The notes under the pieces were generated by a model, which was given only the letters and a program-made list of their open reading frames with translations, was not told the origin of the DNA and did no database searches. The position numbers and the translations under genes are program-made. This document shows positions 13,523 through 25,787 of a DNA stretch of 64,000 nucleotides, piece after piece (the first letter of the stretch is position 1; the number at the start of each line of letters is the position of its first letter). The DNA is from Paecilomyces variotii (Eukaryota): NCBI GenBank assembly GCA_004022145.1, contig RCNU01000008.1. One strand, written 5' to 3'.

Positions 13523-13938
13523 TCATTCTCTCTCTTCCTTTGCTGCCTCTAACCTTAAAGCTTCCTCGCTGGCTAGCTCAGCTCGGCGCGAGCGGAGATC
13601 AGCGAGCATTTTCGTGAACAGATCGCTTGAGATTCTGAGTTGAAGCCTACTATAAGAATTAAGTACCAGATATTGATTGGATCTAGACTCTGATCTTCTT
13701 ACATTGACCATTCATGCCGTTTGGCTCCGCTGATCGCAACAGCAGCCTGTCTTGCTTCGAAATTGAATATCTTCCTCCAGTTTGCTGATACGTCTTTTCA
13801 TAGTCCAACTCTGTGAACGCATTAGCTGGCAACCAAATAGCTCCTGGAGATACTTTGATGCACATCAATTTGCAAGCCGGCGATGGATATAAATAAAAAG
13901 AAAGGGGCTATTTCTATGACAACGTCCCAAAACCCCAT
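13523..13938 (-). pseudogene. Possible decayed small multi-exon gene (hydrophobic N-terminus plus coiled-coil-like tail)
   Basis: ATG 13938 MGFWDVVIEIAPFFLFISIAGL; intron-like GCTAAT..CACAG and GTAAGA..CTTAAT..TATAG. The segments MKRRISKLEEDIQF and KMLADLRSRRAELASEEALRLEAAKEERE do not join in one clean frame. Confidence 0.3.
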
Positions 13939-14585
13939 GTTGAGAGTAGGAGTGAAATGAAGATAGGAGTTGATGAGAGTGTGCGCCCAGTAAAGTGGAC
14001 AGTTGAAAAGGGACAGATAGTGATCAAGGTCCCAAGATGAGTGTCGAAAACTTCAGCGGCGGTAGTGAACCTCAGAGCCTGCACCATAAGGTTCACCAAC
14101 TCGGGACCTGATACGCCCAATCTAGGAAAATATATTGAACCTAACTGGCTGAATTTAAAGAGACTAAGCTAGAGATGAGAGGAAAGAAATCGCGAAGCAA
14201 TCGGGAAGCAGCTTAGGAGGCAGATTTTACTGATGAACGCCAACGGAAATAGTTGAAATATGTCAATCGAATGAAAAAGAGACTCTGGAGGTATGAAGCG
14301 CCGAGATCACATTTATGATACATGATGTCGGTATGAGGTAGTGTCAAAAGTTGATGACAGTATTCACTGCGCGTCGCAGTGACGGCAGATTCCGCAGTCC
14401 TAGGTCTAGATAGAATCTCCATCACCTGTTTAGATCTTCCTTCCATACCCTTTCCTCTTTTCTCCCTCCATCAAAAGTCATGACCGGGTCTCCTGAATCC
14501 TGAGTTGAGACATTTAGCGAACATTAAGCTCCAGGAAGATTGGTCACGGGTCTCTTAGGAGCAACATAGATATTGAAATATCGAT

Positions 14586-15651
14586 CTAATAAACACGGTT
14601 CCGTCTCCAGCTTCTATTAGGCCATTTATCATCCCCTAAATCTCTAGTCATAGATAACTCGAAGGAGCTAGGCCCTGCCCCAGTGGTCCATGTTCTCCAG
14701 CTACCCCAGAAGCCAGACCGATGGCAAGATTCGAACCCTTTAGCTCTACTAGAGAAGCTTGAGCCAGCTTCAAAAAAGAATCTTTGGAGCCAATTTCCGG
14801 GGTTTATACGTGGACAGAACAACGGGGCCTTATTCCTCAAAGGTAATTCCTCGGAGTTGGTTGGCTGTATTATTTCAAATTGATATCGATTTTTGACCTA
14901 TGCGGTAGAAGTTATTTCACTGGTACCTTAAGGACCTATACTTATTACTTACCTGGAGACTATTTGCTTCATTCATCCAGAATAACGTTTCGATCTGAAC
15001 CCTAACGGAAGGATGATCTGCAAACGTACATTGATGTGAAAGGACAGGGTATGGGGTCTTATTGGTCGGAGGGTGTAAACAAAAACCACTATCATATGGA
15101 CCTCTCACGTAAAGGTTTGTGCTGAAATCAGTTCGGTCCAGTTCTTCGATCAGGTATAGTTTGTCGTAGAATGTAATACTTATACATGGACAAATATCCA
15201 CGTTTCCAATATATGGTAAACCGCAAGCTTTTCCACACAGCTTCCAGTAATGTCGAATTGGAGGTAGTCTCCAAATGGACCGGATAGCTCCCAACATGGA
15301 ATATGGATGTAGGATCGAACAGTAACTGCAATATATCCATCGATCATTTTGAAGCCGGCGAAGTAACTGTACCCTTGGCGAGAGTGGAGTGTCGGGAAAG
15401 AAACTCGAGCGTCGTAGCGTGGGTACGAGCCTGGTAGTTTTCATTTGGTCGCGCTTAAGAAACGAGCGAAAACATGCGAGAACGAATTTACAGCTCATTG
15501 AAAAGCACACTTGATCTGGAATTGAGAGGAAGCTGAGAATTATTTGAATCACTTCTGAAGAGATCGTCTCGAAGGCATTAGCTACTGGATATTTCCGAGG
15601 AAAGATCATTTGCCTAATCCCACGGAGTCGAAACATAGTGTCGTGAACCAT
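14586..15651 (-). CDS. Fungal F-box domain protein; 2 exons (intron 14898-14952)
   Basis: F-box-like FETISSEVIQIILSFLSIPDQVCFSMSCK; WIYCSYCSILHP; VDICPCISITF. A phase-0 GTAAGT..CATAG intron joins in frame to the ORF ending TRDLGDDKWPNRSWRRNRVY. Start codon uncertain. Confidence 0.75.
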
Positions 15652-15835
15652 ATTGCATATATTGAAAAGCGTAGACAGGAAGATGGTCAATGAGGTCAAA
15701 GACTTAAATTTCTAGAAGAAAAGAGATTTCTCCCACAGGAAGTACCATGAGGTTTGTTCGCGTCATTGATGGAATAAAGGTCGGATCCTAACAGAATCAA
15801 GGTTCGGAACATAACAGGCGACGTTCAAACCAAAT

Positions 15836-16151
15836 GGATCAGTGCTGTATTGCATACAAATTAGCAGCGTAGTATCTCACCCATAAAGCATTTAGAAGGA
15901 GTTACATTGAGCAAATATAAAGTATATACCTTATGAAGTATATATCTTCATTTTTAGAGAAGATATTACTTCGAATTCTCGTTTTGAAATACCGAATAAA
16001 AAATTATAGAAATTACAGGCTTCTAGAGAAAATCCATCGAATAAACATAAACAATATATTAGTATATGATAAATCCTGAAGATTAGTCCTTCTAAACGCT
16101 TTGCGGTGGAGATTTTATGTTGCTATTCTGTACGCAATACTGCACTGATCC
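15836..16151. mobile_element. MITE-like / non-autonomous TIR element with 65-bp imperfect terminal inverted repeats
   Basis: 15836-15900 aligns without gaps to the reverse complement of 16087-16151 at 52/65 identities by hand count. AT-rich non-coding core. No clear TSD. Confidence 0.65.
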
Positions 16152-17691
16152 AGTAGTTGGGGGTCTGGTCCACTGGGTGAATCACGTTAAATCATCACTT
16201 AAGGACACGAAGTCTTTCATTACCCAATTTCCAGCAGTTACCATGTAGCCAAGTGATAGCAAATATTTATACACAGGCTCCCAACTCGTCTCGATAAAAA
16301 TACTATCAGATAGAGTACGTAGTACTCCTCGCCATAACTACTAGCCCCCCCTCGCCGAGCCTGTCTTGAAATCTCAACCACAATAGGCCACCTGATCCAG
16401 AATACAGACTACAGAGCCGCGAAATGGAACTATCCCCTCCCAAAGCTCACGCTAGATGAGTTGTCAAAGACCCCAAGACTCCACTAAGTGGACCCCCGTG
16501 GTGGCGGGTTTTCCTTCTGACGAGGGATGAATAATGTGATGCCGTGCCGCCAACGCCTTTTCGAGGGGTCTGTTGCCTGGGGCATTGGATCCAGGGGCAG
16601 ACGGCTGACGGCGGCGGTATGGCACGAGATAGATAGTTTATCTGTCTAAGACTCTAACTGAAGAGAAAGAAACCAGTGGCGCAGTAGGGGGTTGATTATT
16701 GGAATTCTGGTGGGTTTTGCGGCACGGTTCCCACCACTCAGATAGTATTGATTTACAGAGCGTTAGCTTGAACTTTGGAGTAGATCGTAACCAGATCGTC
16801 TCGTACAGTCGACTCCAATCGATGCTGGATGGAGACGTTCGTGGCGAGGCCACAACTCGATTACCCGAAATGTCTACCTAGCGCCATAATTCTATCATTC
16901 ATTGTCTTGATCAATACATAAGCTGCAGCTAAGTAGGGAACAACTAAAGATTAGAGGGTAAAAAGAAATAATGTGCTGGCTATTGCCCGACGTAAAGAGG
17001 AACAGGATGTCTAAATGACTATCTGATGTCGATAAGATATGCAGGATTGGGGAAACGCAAGAGGTCGAGAAAGGGGAATGAAAAACAAGGAAAGCTCATG
17101 ATAAAAAAAAAGACCGTTGGCCCATTAACTCCTCCCAGCCATCATGATTCCATCATTCCCATCCCACTAGCCTTAGGACGTGACAAAAGCAATCGAACTC
17201 CACCCATTTTAAACCCGAAGTGCCATTTCCACCGAAGCCATCCGCGATCCTTCCGAGTACTTAGATCCCACCGGAGTTCATCGAGGGCATTATAAGTAAA
17301 TACCCGCTGGAATGACATGTTGAAAGAAAAAAGAGACGAAGATCGACAAGCCGACAAAAACCAAGAAAGCCTCCGGGGACGTGCGTAGGTAGTACTAGTC
17401 GCCAGTTGAGGTGCGAATCGAGTAACCGCAACTTTGCCCACATGCCTCATCCCTATTCACGAAAGGGTCTCAACCAAGAAACTGGCAAAAAAAGGAACCA
17501 AGTCTCTTGATGTTGATATGGAAAAAAGAAAAAGATATGCTGAACGGTGCTGCAAAGGGACATAGTGAAGTTTGGGGATAGATAAGACCCAGAGACCGTG
17601 TCCGGAAGTGATATCACATGTGAGTGTCATGTAATCGTACGCGTCGTGACCTTCCGTAGTAAAAATGTAAGCATGAGGACTTCTGCTCCGT

Positions 17692-19909
17692 CTACCTGCG
17701 CTTCCAGGAGTAACCATAGTCCGCGGCGCGGCAGAACTGACAGCTGAGCTATCCTTGGGCGTTTCAGGAAGGCGAAAACCTTTCTTCATCTCAGCTTCGA
17801 CGAAGAGAGAGGCGCGCTTGAAGCGCTTGTCCGTGTACTTCTCGAAGACGGCGGAATGATGCTTTTGAGGGTTCTCGCAGCACTCAAGAATAAGAGACAC
17901 AAGCGGGTACAGCTGAGAGTACGTGTAGTTGGAGTAGTAGACGTGAGCAGGAGTCTAGAGTGAATAATGTTAGTTGAGAGCATAATAATGGTAATAGAAG
18001 AGAAACCTACCCAGGTTCCCTTCTGGAGCATCATTCTCGCAAGGCAATGGGCGCCAGCAGCAGCAAAGCTTGGCGGGCTACCGACGAAACGCTCATCCAT
18101 GATAGTGATCTCCAAGAAGTACTTGGCTAGGGTTCTCGTTTCGAGGTCGTAGTCGTCAGCCTTGCTGATTCTCCGAAGGAAGCTCATTGGGCCGGGCCAG
18201 CCAAGCTCAAACTGGAGCATGCTGAGCATGAAGCGTTCGGCCTTGAGGATCTCATCGATAGTATAGCCGCCGTCCACCATGTAGACGATCTCCTGCACAG
18301 ATGGGCAGTTGATTTCCTCATACTTGGCAGCAATGAATATCGCTGTCGCACCCACAAGCTGCAACTTTCCAAGCGAGACGATCTTGCAGGAAAGGAAACG
18401 GTCGATGTAGTTGACACAAAGGAAAAGGGTTTCTGGAAGCAGTGAGAAGCGGTGGTGAACCTGCACCAGCCAGTCCATGAGTACGGAGCGCATTGACCAC
18501 TGGATCTCCGCCTGGTTGTCCATGTAGTATGCGTTCGGCAGCATCTTGATCTGTCACTGCTGTTAGTGTAAGATAGAAAGGAAATCGCAGCAACGACCTA
18601 CCTCCATCTCCCTCATGTACTCAAAGATCTCATCGCCATATTCTGCAACCATGCTGGTGTCCCAGTCTTCGTCGTCGATGTCCTCCTGGGTTCGAGTAGC
18701 TTCGACAATTTGTTTCGCCATGGCTATTTCACGCTTGACCTTCTGGTTGTACTTGGGGAACAAGACAGTGGTTGCACCTCCAGTTGTATTGTCCCCACGT
18801 GAGCGGTAGGAGCGTGCTGTAACATAGCCATCGTCCTCCTCGTTCTCGTCGTCTTCGTCGTCCCAGTATTCTTCCGGTTCTGAGTTGGCGGGTCCGTGTT
18901 CATATCGCGCATGTGCTAGATTGATCGAGTCGTTTGGTATCTTGCTGACAGGGATAGCAATGTCTTGATCGCCCACATCGACGCTGGCCGTGCGAGCCGC
19001 GTCGTTTTTGGTTCCCTTCGATTCCTGCACGCCGCAGGCATCGCCATAGATCTTGACTTCAGCCTCCTCATCGATGATGAGTCCATCAGATCGGACAGCT
19101 GAATATTTCTCTGGGGCTTCAACGTCGCTAGAGAGTTCGACATGAGTCTCTGATGTCTCGCTATCCTTTGTGTCTTCCTTCTGACTCGGAGCGATATTCT
19201 GTGATGCGTTGTCCTCTTTGACCTCCTCCGTAGACACCTCAACAGTCTCTTTGGTGGCGGGCAAGCTAGGGACAGGATCTTTGAAGACAGCGTTGCTTCG
19301 CTTGGTGAGGAGCTTCCGGGCATTCGCAGTAGGCTGGGAGCTTTGTCTTGCGGAAATGTCAGACGACCTAGAGTGGCCCACGTTGTTCAAGATTCCCTTG
19401 ATGCCTGCAACCGACAAGGGACGATGAGCTGGCTGCGACAGGACAGTGGGCTTCTTTTCCTGGATAACCACGCCACCCTTCTCTGGGACGACTGGGAGGT
19501 TCTTGCCGGCCAAGGCAGAATCGTCCCTAGCAGAACGCACTGGATTGGTGGTGTTGCTCACATCACCGAATGCAGCGCGCCTCATACCAGTCTTGAGGCC
19601 AGCAGTCTGGGCCAATGCAGACAACGCAGGGGTGGACTTGTTGCGCTGATGGATGGTCTTTCCGGGCAGAGCAAGAGGTGCGTTTTCATCGGTACGGACG
19701 CGGATCCGCTGCGGCTATATGCACACATGCTATTAGCATCGTAGGAAAAAGATTATGTTCTGGCATCCCCAAGTGTAGGCCAGTGATTGTCTATGGACGC
19801 GCCGATGCTCCTTCTGGTATGCTTGATATCGGAAGGACGAGACAACGAGACAACGTCGATTGAAACGGAGGAGGATGAAAATAAACGCGTAACTCACCTT
19901 TGCATCCAT
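17692..19909 (-). CDS. CLB3: B-type cyclin, Clb3 class; 4 exons. 3' end uncertain: 17692 if frameshifted, 17457 as written
   Basis: Micro-exon MDAK (19909-19898) spliced to PQRIRVRTDENAP; D-box RAAFGDVSN; cyclin box MRSVLMDWLVQVH...LQLVGATAIFIAAKYEE; final exon VFEKYTDKRFKRASLFV. Confidence 0.92.
19885..19890. promoter_or_regulatory. MCB element ACGCGT in cyclin intron 1, plus CGCG cores upstream
   Basis: Exact palindrome a few bases inside intron 1 of a cell-cycle gene. Motif match only. Confidence 0.3.
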
Positions 19910-22900
19910 TTTGATTGATGATCCAGACGTCACAAACTGCGTGTACGAGTTTGTAATTGGATTGTGCGGTGTGGGTTGCAGTAGAAGCTAAGATGTTTAC
20001 TGCTGGTTGTAGGCGCCCAAACAAAACAACCACGCGCAGATGCCTTGCGAGCGAGGTCGTTGCAAGTGCAATTGCGTCCCACCAGGATCGCTGAGCCTTC
20101 GAGCGACGGACTCAGAGATGCTGTCTCTCTCTCACGAAGATGTCGAGAGAGGCTGGGGAGCAGAGGAACGAAGGAGGGGGATATTTGTTATGTTGATACC
20201 TGAGCACCTTTTCTCCCGGACAGCAACCAAGGGAGAGCTCCACGGCCCGTTCGGGCTTAGCGCCCAGGATGGCCAGCCCTGCGTGCTTCCTGCCTGTCGA
20301 GAGCGCCTGCCACCGTCGAGCGTTCCATGGTTGTTGACATAAACAAAGCTAGTCCGTGTTGGTCCTAGCGGCACATGACACAACGGGGATAGTGCCCCGT
20401 GCGTTTGCATGGTTGCGCTGCTGCTTATCTAATCTCGCGGTGCTCCAATTTGCATTGTTTGTTTCTTTCTCGGGAGCCGAGGGACATGACATCATGCGTC
20501 GCGTCTCACCACCGCACCATAAATTGATGTTATTCCTACTCCCAGCCACATCAGCATATTAAATCTGAAATAAAACATGTCGCAAATGCCTTTCACCCTA
20601 TGCGATTATAAGCCGAGCCTCTCTTTTCATGCGCGACATGTTCTGCGTGGGAGAAACCCACTGCAAGCGTCGACCTAATTAGACGCGCCCGGAGACGCGG
20701 GATTGACCGCTAGAAACACGAGTCCACGTGACCACTTCCACAGCACCCAGCGCCTGTTCATGGCAGTTGTCCGGGGGAGCATCGATAGGCAATAATGGTC
20801 CCTACTCACCCGTCCAGAGCTCTTTCGCGAGACGCTCATGCCTTTACGATGACTGGAAGGATCCGGAAGAAAGTCGCACAGGAGTTCTGCGCCCGAACCC
20901 CTCTTAAGCTAGCCGTCTGTCGCCGATCCTCGACGACTTCCGGTGTCGCAAAGCCACAGTGATTCGATTGCGGGCCGCCGGATCCAGCGGTCCCTATCAA
21001 AGAGAGGCGGCCATTGAAGCTCGTCCACTTCGTCTTTTCTAGACTGTCCCAAAAGCTCCAGTGTTGGCGCCTCGCACCACCAGGATGGCGCGGGGGGTCA
21101 CAGGAGCGCACAATAAGGTCTGGCGCTCTCTGCGGGTCAATCGTTCCATACGCTGTTTTCGAGAGACGATTCCCATGGACAAATAGAATAGCCGCCGAGA
21201 GGAGCTGCCATCGGGATATGCGCAAACCTTCGGTGTGTCCAGTCAGGTTACTCGTTCGCAACCTGTTCGCTGTCTTGTTCCCGCCTTTTCGTCTCCAATT
21301 TGATGGCTCGATATGAAGGGACAAATCCTCCGCGACCGCTTGGAGCGGAATAACGAGCTCGCGCGACAAATGCGATTAGCTTTGCTGGAGCACTGAGCCG
21401 AAATGATCTGGCGGTTCGACGTCGTCGCATAAACCACTCCCACGTAACGACATCACTTGCGCCGGGTTTTCAATCTGTTATAATATTGTATCATGGCCAG
21501 ATCAACCCTTCGCAGCTTCTACTACCTCATCAAGACTATCATCTGCGCCACAGTTAACATGAACGCAGCGCTATCTACAACCATAAATACCCTCGTAGAC
21601 TTCCTCCCGACGGACAGTTCAGGGACCTTGCGAGATGATACTCGCTCATCCATGGCAGAGCGCAAGTGTCCTAGATCTTGCATGACATTTTACAGTGTCC
21701 CCAAAATAGGAGGAATGTGAGAATCCCGATCACGGCTACGTGGTTGGAGTACTTTGGGATGCAACGATTTGCCCACGTTCTCAAGCCAGGATTGATACGG
21801 TGTCCGCCAACCAGGAGGGGTTGAATCCGGCTGGCGCAGATTGTGAAACGAGAACGTCCCGACCACGGCAGGGAATAGATGAATATCGGGTAAGGAACAG
21901 AGTCGCACCAAGAAACTAGATGACTTGCTGCGATATCTGGATAAAAGATCACAGTTGTCAAGGTATCCGCCAGCTCGTGGAGGCTTCCTGGGGGAGGGAG
22001 GATCCCGGCTGCCAAAGCGCCTAATGCTTAACCTAAGCTCGGCCCGTGATGGACTTAGTTATGTCCTGCTGGGATATCTGACCACAGGCGAAAAAGTAGT
22101 CTCTGAATTGGGAGGAAGGGTGGCACCTTATGGCACACATGTGGCCATAGATTGGCTCGACAAGCTCCTGAACAGAAAGCTGCTGTTCTTCATGTGCCTG
22201 ACCGCGCATCGCTGCCAAACTGCTAGCCAGGCAGCGTTCTGGGGCCGTTCTTAGGTTTATGGAGACGGACTTGGTCTACCCAAGCAGTTGGCCATGGCGA
22301 GACAAGGCGTCTCTTCGACGTGGCCAAGCTGAGAAGACTAAAGCAACAGCGGCCACTCATGATGCTGTTCCCCCATTGCTGACCGGATCGGAACAGCCAT
22401 AGTCCTGTGCGCCAGAGGCAAGTAGGCTTGCGAGAGTCAAGCGATCATCAAGCGATTTACAACGCTTCTTATCCAACACTGCGTGTCCCTTGCCTGGAAA
22501 TGATTGATCAACGATCGCCTGGGACCGTAATTGTAGAACAGATGATGGAGGGGCTTCTGACCATCGGGTTCTGAGTCGGTCCTCGTGGTGTTGAGCGCAT
22601 GCGCATACCTACCGCTGGATGCGATTCAGGATGCCGGCCAGATAAGAGTAATGCGCCGTCCCACGCTCGCGCAACTTGACGAAGAGAAAATTGTAGAAAG
22701 ATAGATAGACGTTAATTAATGCCAGAACATGTAGAAAATCGTGTGAATAATGATGTCGGGGACCTGTCGAGCCGGCCGTTCTGCTCGATGTCGCCGGACT
22801 CCCATGTCACCGGCCCCAGGCCATTTTTCGCTTCAGGTGAAACCTCGTAGGCTCGCACCCACCTGTGTCTCCTCACCTCCCAACGCTCGCCTCCCAGAAC

Positions 22901-23532
22901 CAACATTCTCCTTCCAGAGACCTTCATGAAGTTGCTCCTATCCAGGATCTGGTAAGTATTCATCCCCATAATCTCTGCACCATCGTCAGAAACTCGATCC
23001 ATCTTCTTCCTTTCCGCTGGGCCTGCTGCTCTCTCGCTCTGATGCCATCGCTGACATGGACATGGACCGAAGACAACTTCGTAGACGAGCTCCCCACCCA
23101 TTCCATCCCACCACACACTTGGTTTTGAATGAGTCGCTTTGATCGGGTTTATTGTACGAGTGCGATATAAGTCGAATATCCTCCATCGACGCCTGGTAAG
23201 TCTGCGATGCTATCCATCCTCATCCGCCGGCTATTCCACCGAAAGCCCACAGTCATAGCCATCTCCCCAGCAGCCAGCAATCCTTCATCGCCCCATCGCA
23301 TTGACATATCGAGGCAATCGAATCAATAGATCTATTCAATCACTGTATATACTGACGATGTCACTTTCCCATGCAGACAATTTCTCCTTTTCCTCCTGAG
23401 CCGCTTTCGGCTCTTGCGACTCGGGTTCCTGACACATCCATCGCAACGTCAGTCCCCATCGCTCACCCCATCGAATAATCGCAGATATCTCCTTCATCGA
23501 TCAGATCCGATCTGAGAGTTGTGGCGGGTTAG

Positions 23533-25787
23533 ATGGAACTTGCCCAACTGCTTTCAGGCCAATTGTCGGATCGCCGTCTCCCACATTTGAGCACAGAAGT
23601 CCTACAATCATTTCCCCAGTCACAATCCCCAAATAAAATAAAAGACCAGAATATGCAAGGTGTGCGGCATCAACAGGCCTCGGTGGCTGTCGAGAATTAC
23701 TCGGCTTCTACCGATGGGCAGTCTGGCGCCCAGCACCAGTCCCCTAATTGGCCTGTCCCCAAGAACGTCGCATTTGAACTTCTTCTCGATGAGAACTCAA
23801 AAGTTCGAGCTCGGATACCCATGCGCGTTCAGATATTTCCTCATGATACCACTGATTCCATCGTGACCACCGTCAAGAATTTCTATGGTATCTATGAGGG
23901 CGCTGCGAGCGGTGTCAGCTTCGAGGACGAGCATGGCACCACTCTCATTGCGAGATATGAGAATTTGAGAAACAATATGACTGTGTATGTTCGAGTGATT
24001 CCGGTCCATGCTTATCCTGAAGCCTATGGAGAGCATCACTATGGTTCTGCTCAATTGGACGGTCGCAAGCGTCCCAGTCTGGGCGAGCCATTCCAGATGG
24101 CGCCACAGCCAGCTCATGTTCTAGAGTATGGTCAGCCGCCTTCTCGACCGACATCTAGAGTCGCCAGAAAGCGCAGCACATCTCCATCAGGGCGAAGTCG
24201 TCGCAGCGCCTCTCAGCATAAAACATCCCGACTGGGAAATAAAAGCCGTGGCTCTAGCACACATGGCAGCTTCCAGGACGATGGAATGGGCGGATACAGT
24301 GACAGCGATGGCGGTCACGGGTCTATCACTGGTTCGAAGAAGGCCAGGAGTGAACAATTCGCTAGTTCTGATATCAGCATGGAGAATATTCTCCACGACG
24401 GCCGCAGAAAGCGCCCGAAGTTTGACAGCTCGGTTAGTTGCTGCTTCATGAAGCTTGATGCCTCTTCTCTCGCATCAGATAACTAACTCCATTCCCTGAA
24501 CAGGAATTGCCTCTCTTTGTTCCACCTCAAGTCCCCCTCACCACGTCTACTTCATCTATATCCCCTCAGCGCCGATCTACTGGCCAAGAAGGAGCCATTT
24601 CCCCTTTCGCTCGTCCCGCGCAGCCCACCTACAATTACCAACAGCCCCTACCATCCCCACAGAGCTACGGGTATAACGAGCAGGCTTATGGAAATGGTTC
24701 GGCACGGCATTCTATGTATGCTACACCTATCGTCCCAGAGCATGGCCATCGTTTGCGCGAGCGCGCAGGAACTCAATCGTCGGGTACTTATGCATATGGG
24801 AGCCGTCCAAGCGGACCTGGCGTCTTACCGACGCCGGACCCTACAATTGCAAGCTGTATCTCTGACGAGGATGTCGCTATGCAGCTGATCCGACTCGGAG
24901 ATGCCTCTAACTTCTCCCACGGTCGCACCTCTGCGTCTACGTTGGATGATGGATTCAGCGGAGCCGCTGACGCATCGTCCACCGGTGCGACCAGTGATGG
25001 TGGTGAAAGCGACATTGATGACGCTGAGCTTCCGCCACACTCGAAGCATAAACTCGAGTCAAGCCCAATGCTTCCTCCTGGCGCAATTAGACGGACTCAC
25101 AAGCAATTGGATGACATCCTACCCAGTTTTGACAGCACTGATGTTAGCGGAGACGAGGGTGATGAAGACTACCGGCAAGAGGACGGGCACGAAGGTCTTG
25201 TTAAGAGCGAGCCGGATGACGACGCTCTGTACACCGAATCGGGCCCGAAGGCTAAGAAGACCAAGACCAGGGCTTCCAGCAGCGTCACCAACAAATCCGC
25301 AGGCTCTAAGGCCATCACAGGCAAGGCGATCAAGAGTAACAAGAGTCGCCCTGCGGTTGTTTCCCGTAAGCCCAAGGTCGTGCCCGCGGTCAGCACACAA
25401 AAGATGGCACCTCCCCAGATGGTTAGCCCCATCCCTTCCCACAGATCCCCTGAATCAGAGGTTAACTTTCAGGCTCAGCTCGCTGCGGATGAAGAAGATC
25501 TGTCGACGAAGCCGCGCTGCCAACGTTGCCGTAAGAGCAAGAAAGGTTGCGATCGCCAGCGTCCTTGCCAGCGTTGCAAGGATGCCGGCATTGGCATCGA
25601 AGGATGCATCAGTGAAGACGAAGGCAATGGTCGCAAAGGCCGCTATGGACGTCACATGGGTGTTCCAGTGAAGAAAGCGATGGAGGCCACTGAATCCAAC
25701 CACGACATGCCGCCAATTGGATCTGCTATTGTCGCTGCGCCTCCTCTGGTAGCGGCTTCAGACAAGAACAAGAAGCGAAAGCGCTAG
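23533..25787 (+). CDS. Zn(II)2Cys6 protein with the cluster at the C-terminus; 2 coding exons (intron 24433-24503)
   Basis: CQRCRKSKKGCDRQRPCQRCKDAGIGIEGC; C-terminal NLS KNKKRKR; globular N-terminal segment FELLLDENSKVRARIPMRVQIFPHDTTDSIVTTVKNFYG. Confidence 0.88.

Noticed and set aside
13570..13650. TAGCTCAGCTCGG resembling a tRNA D-arm/A-box
   Set aside because: No T-arm/B-box or acceptor stem follows.
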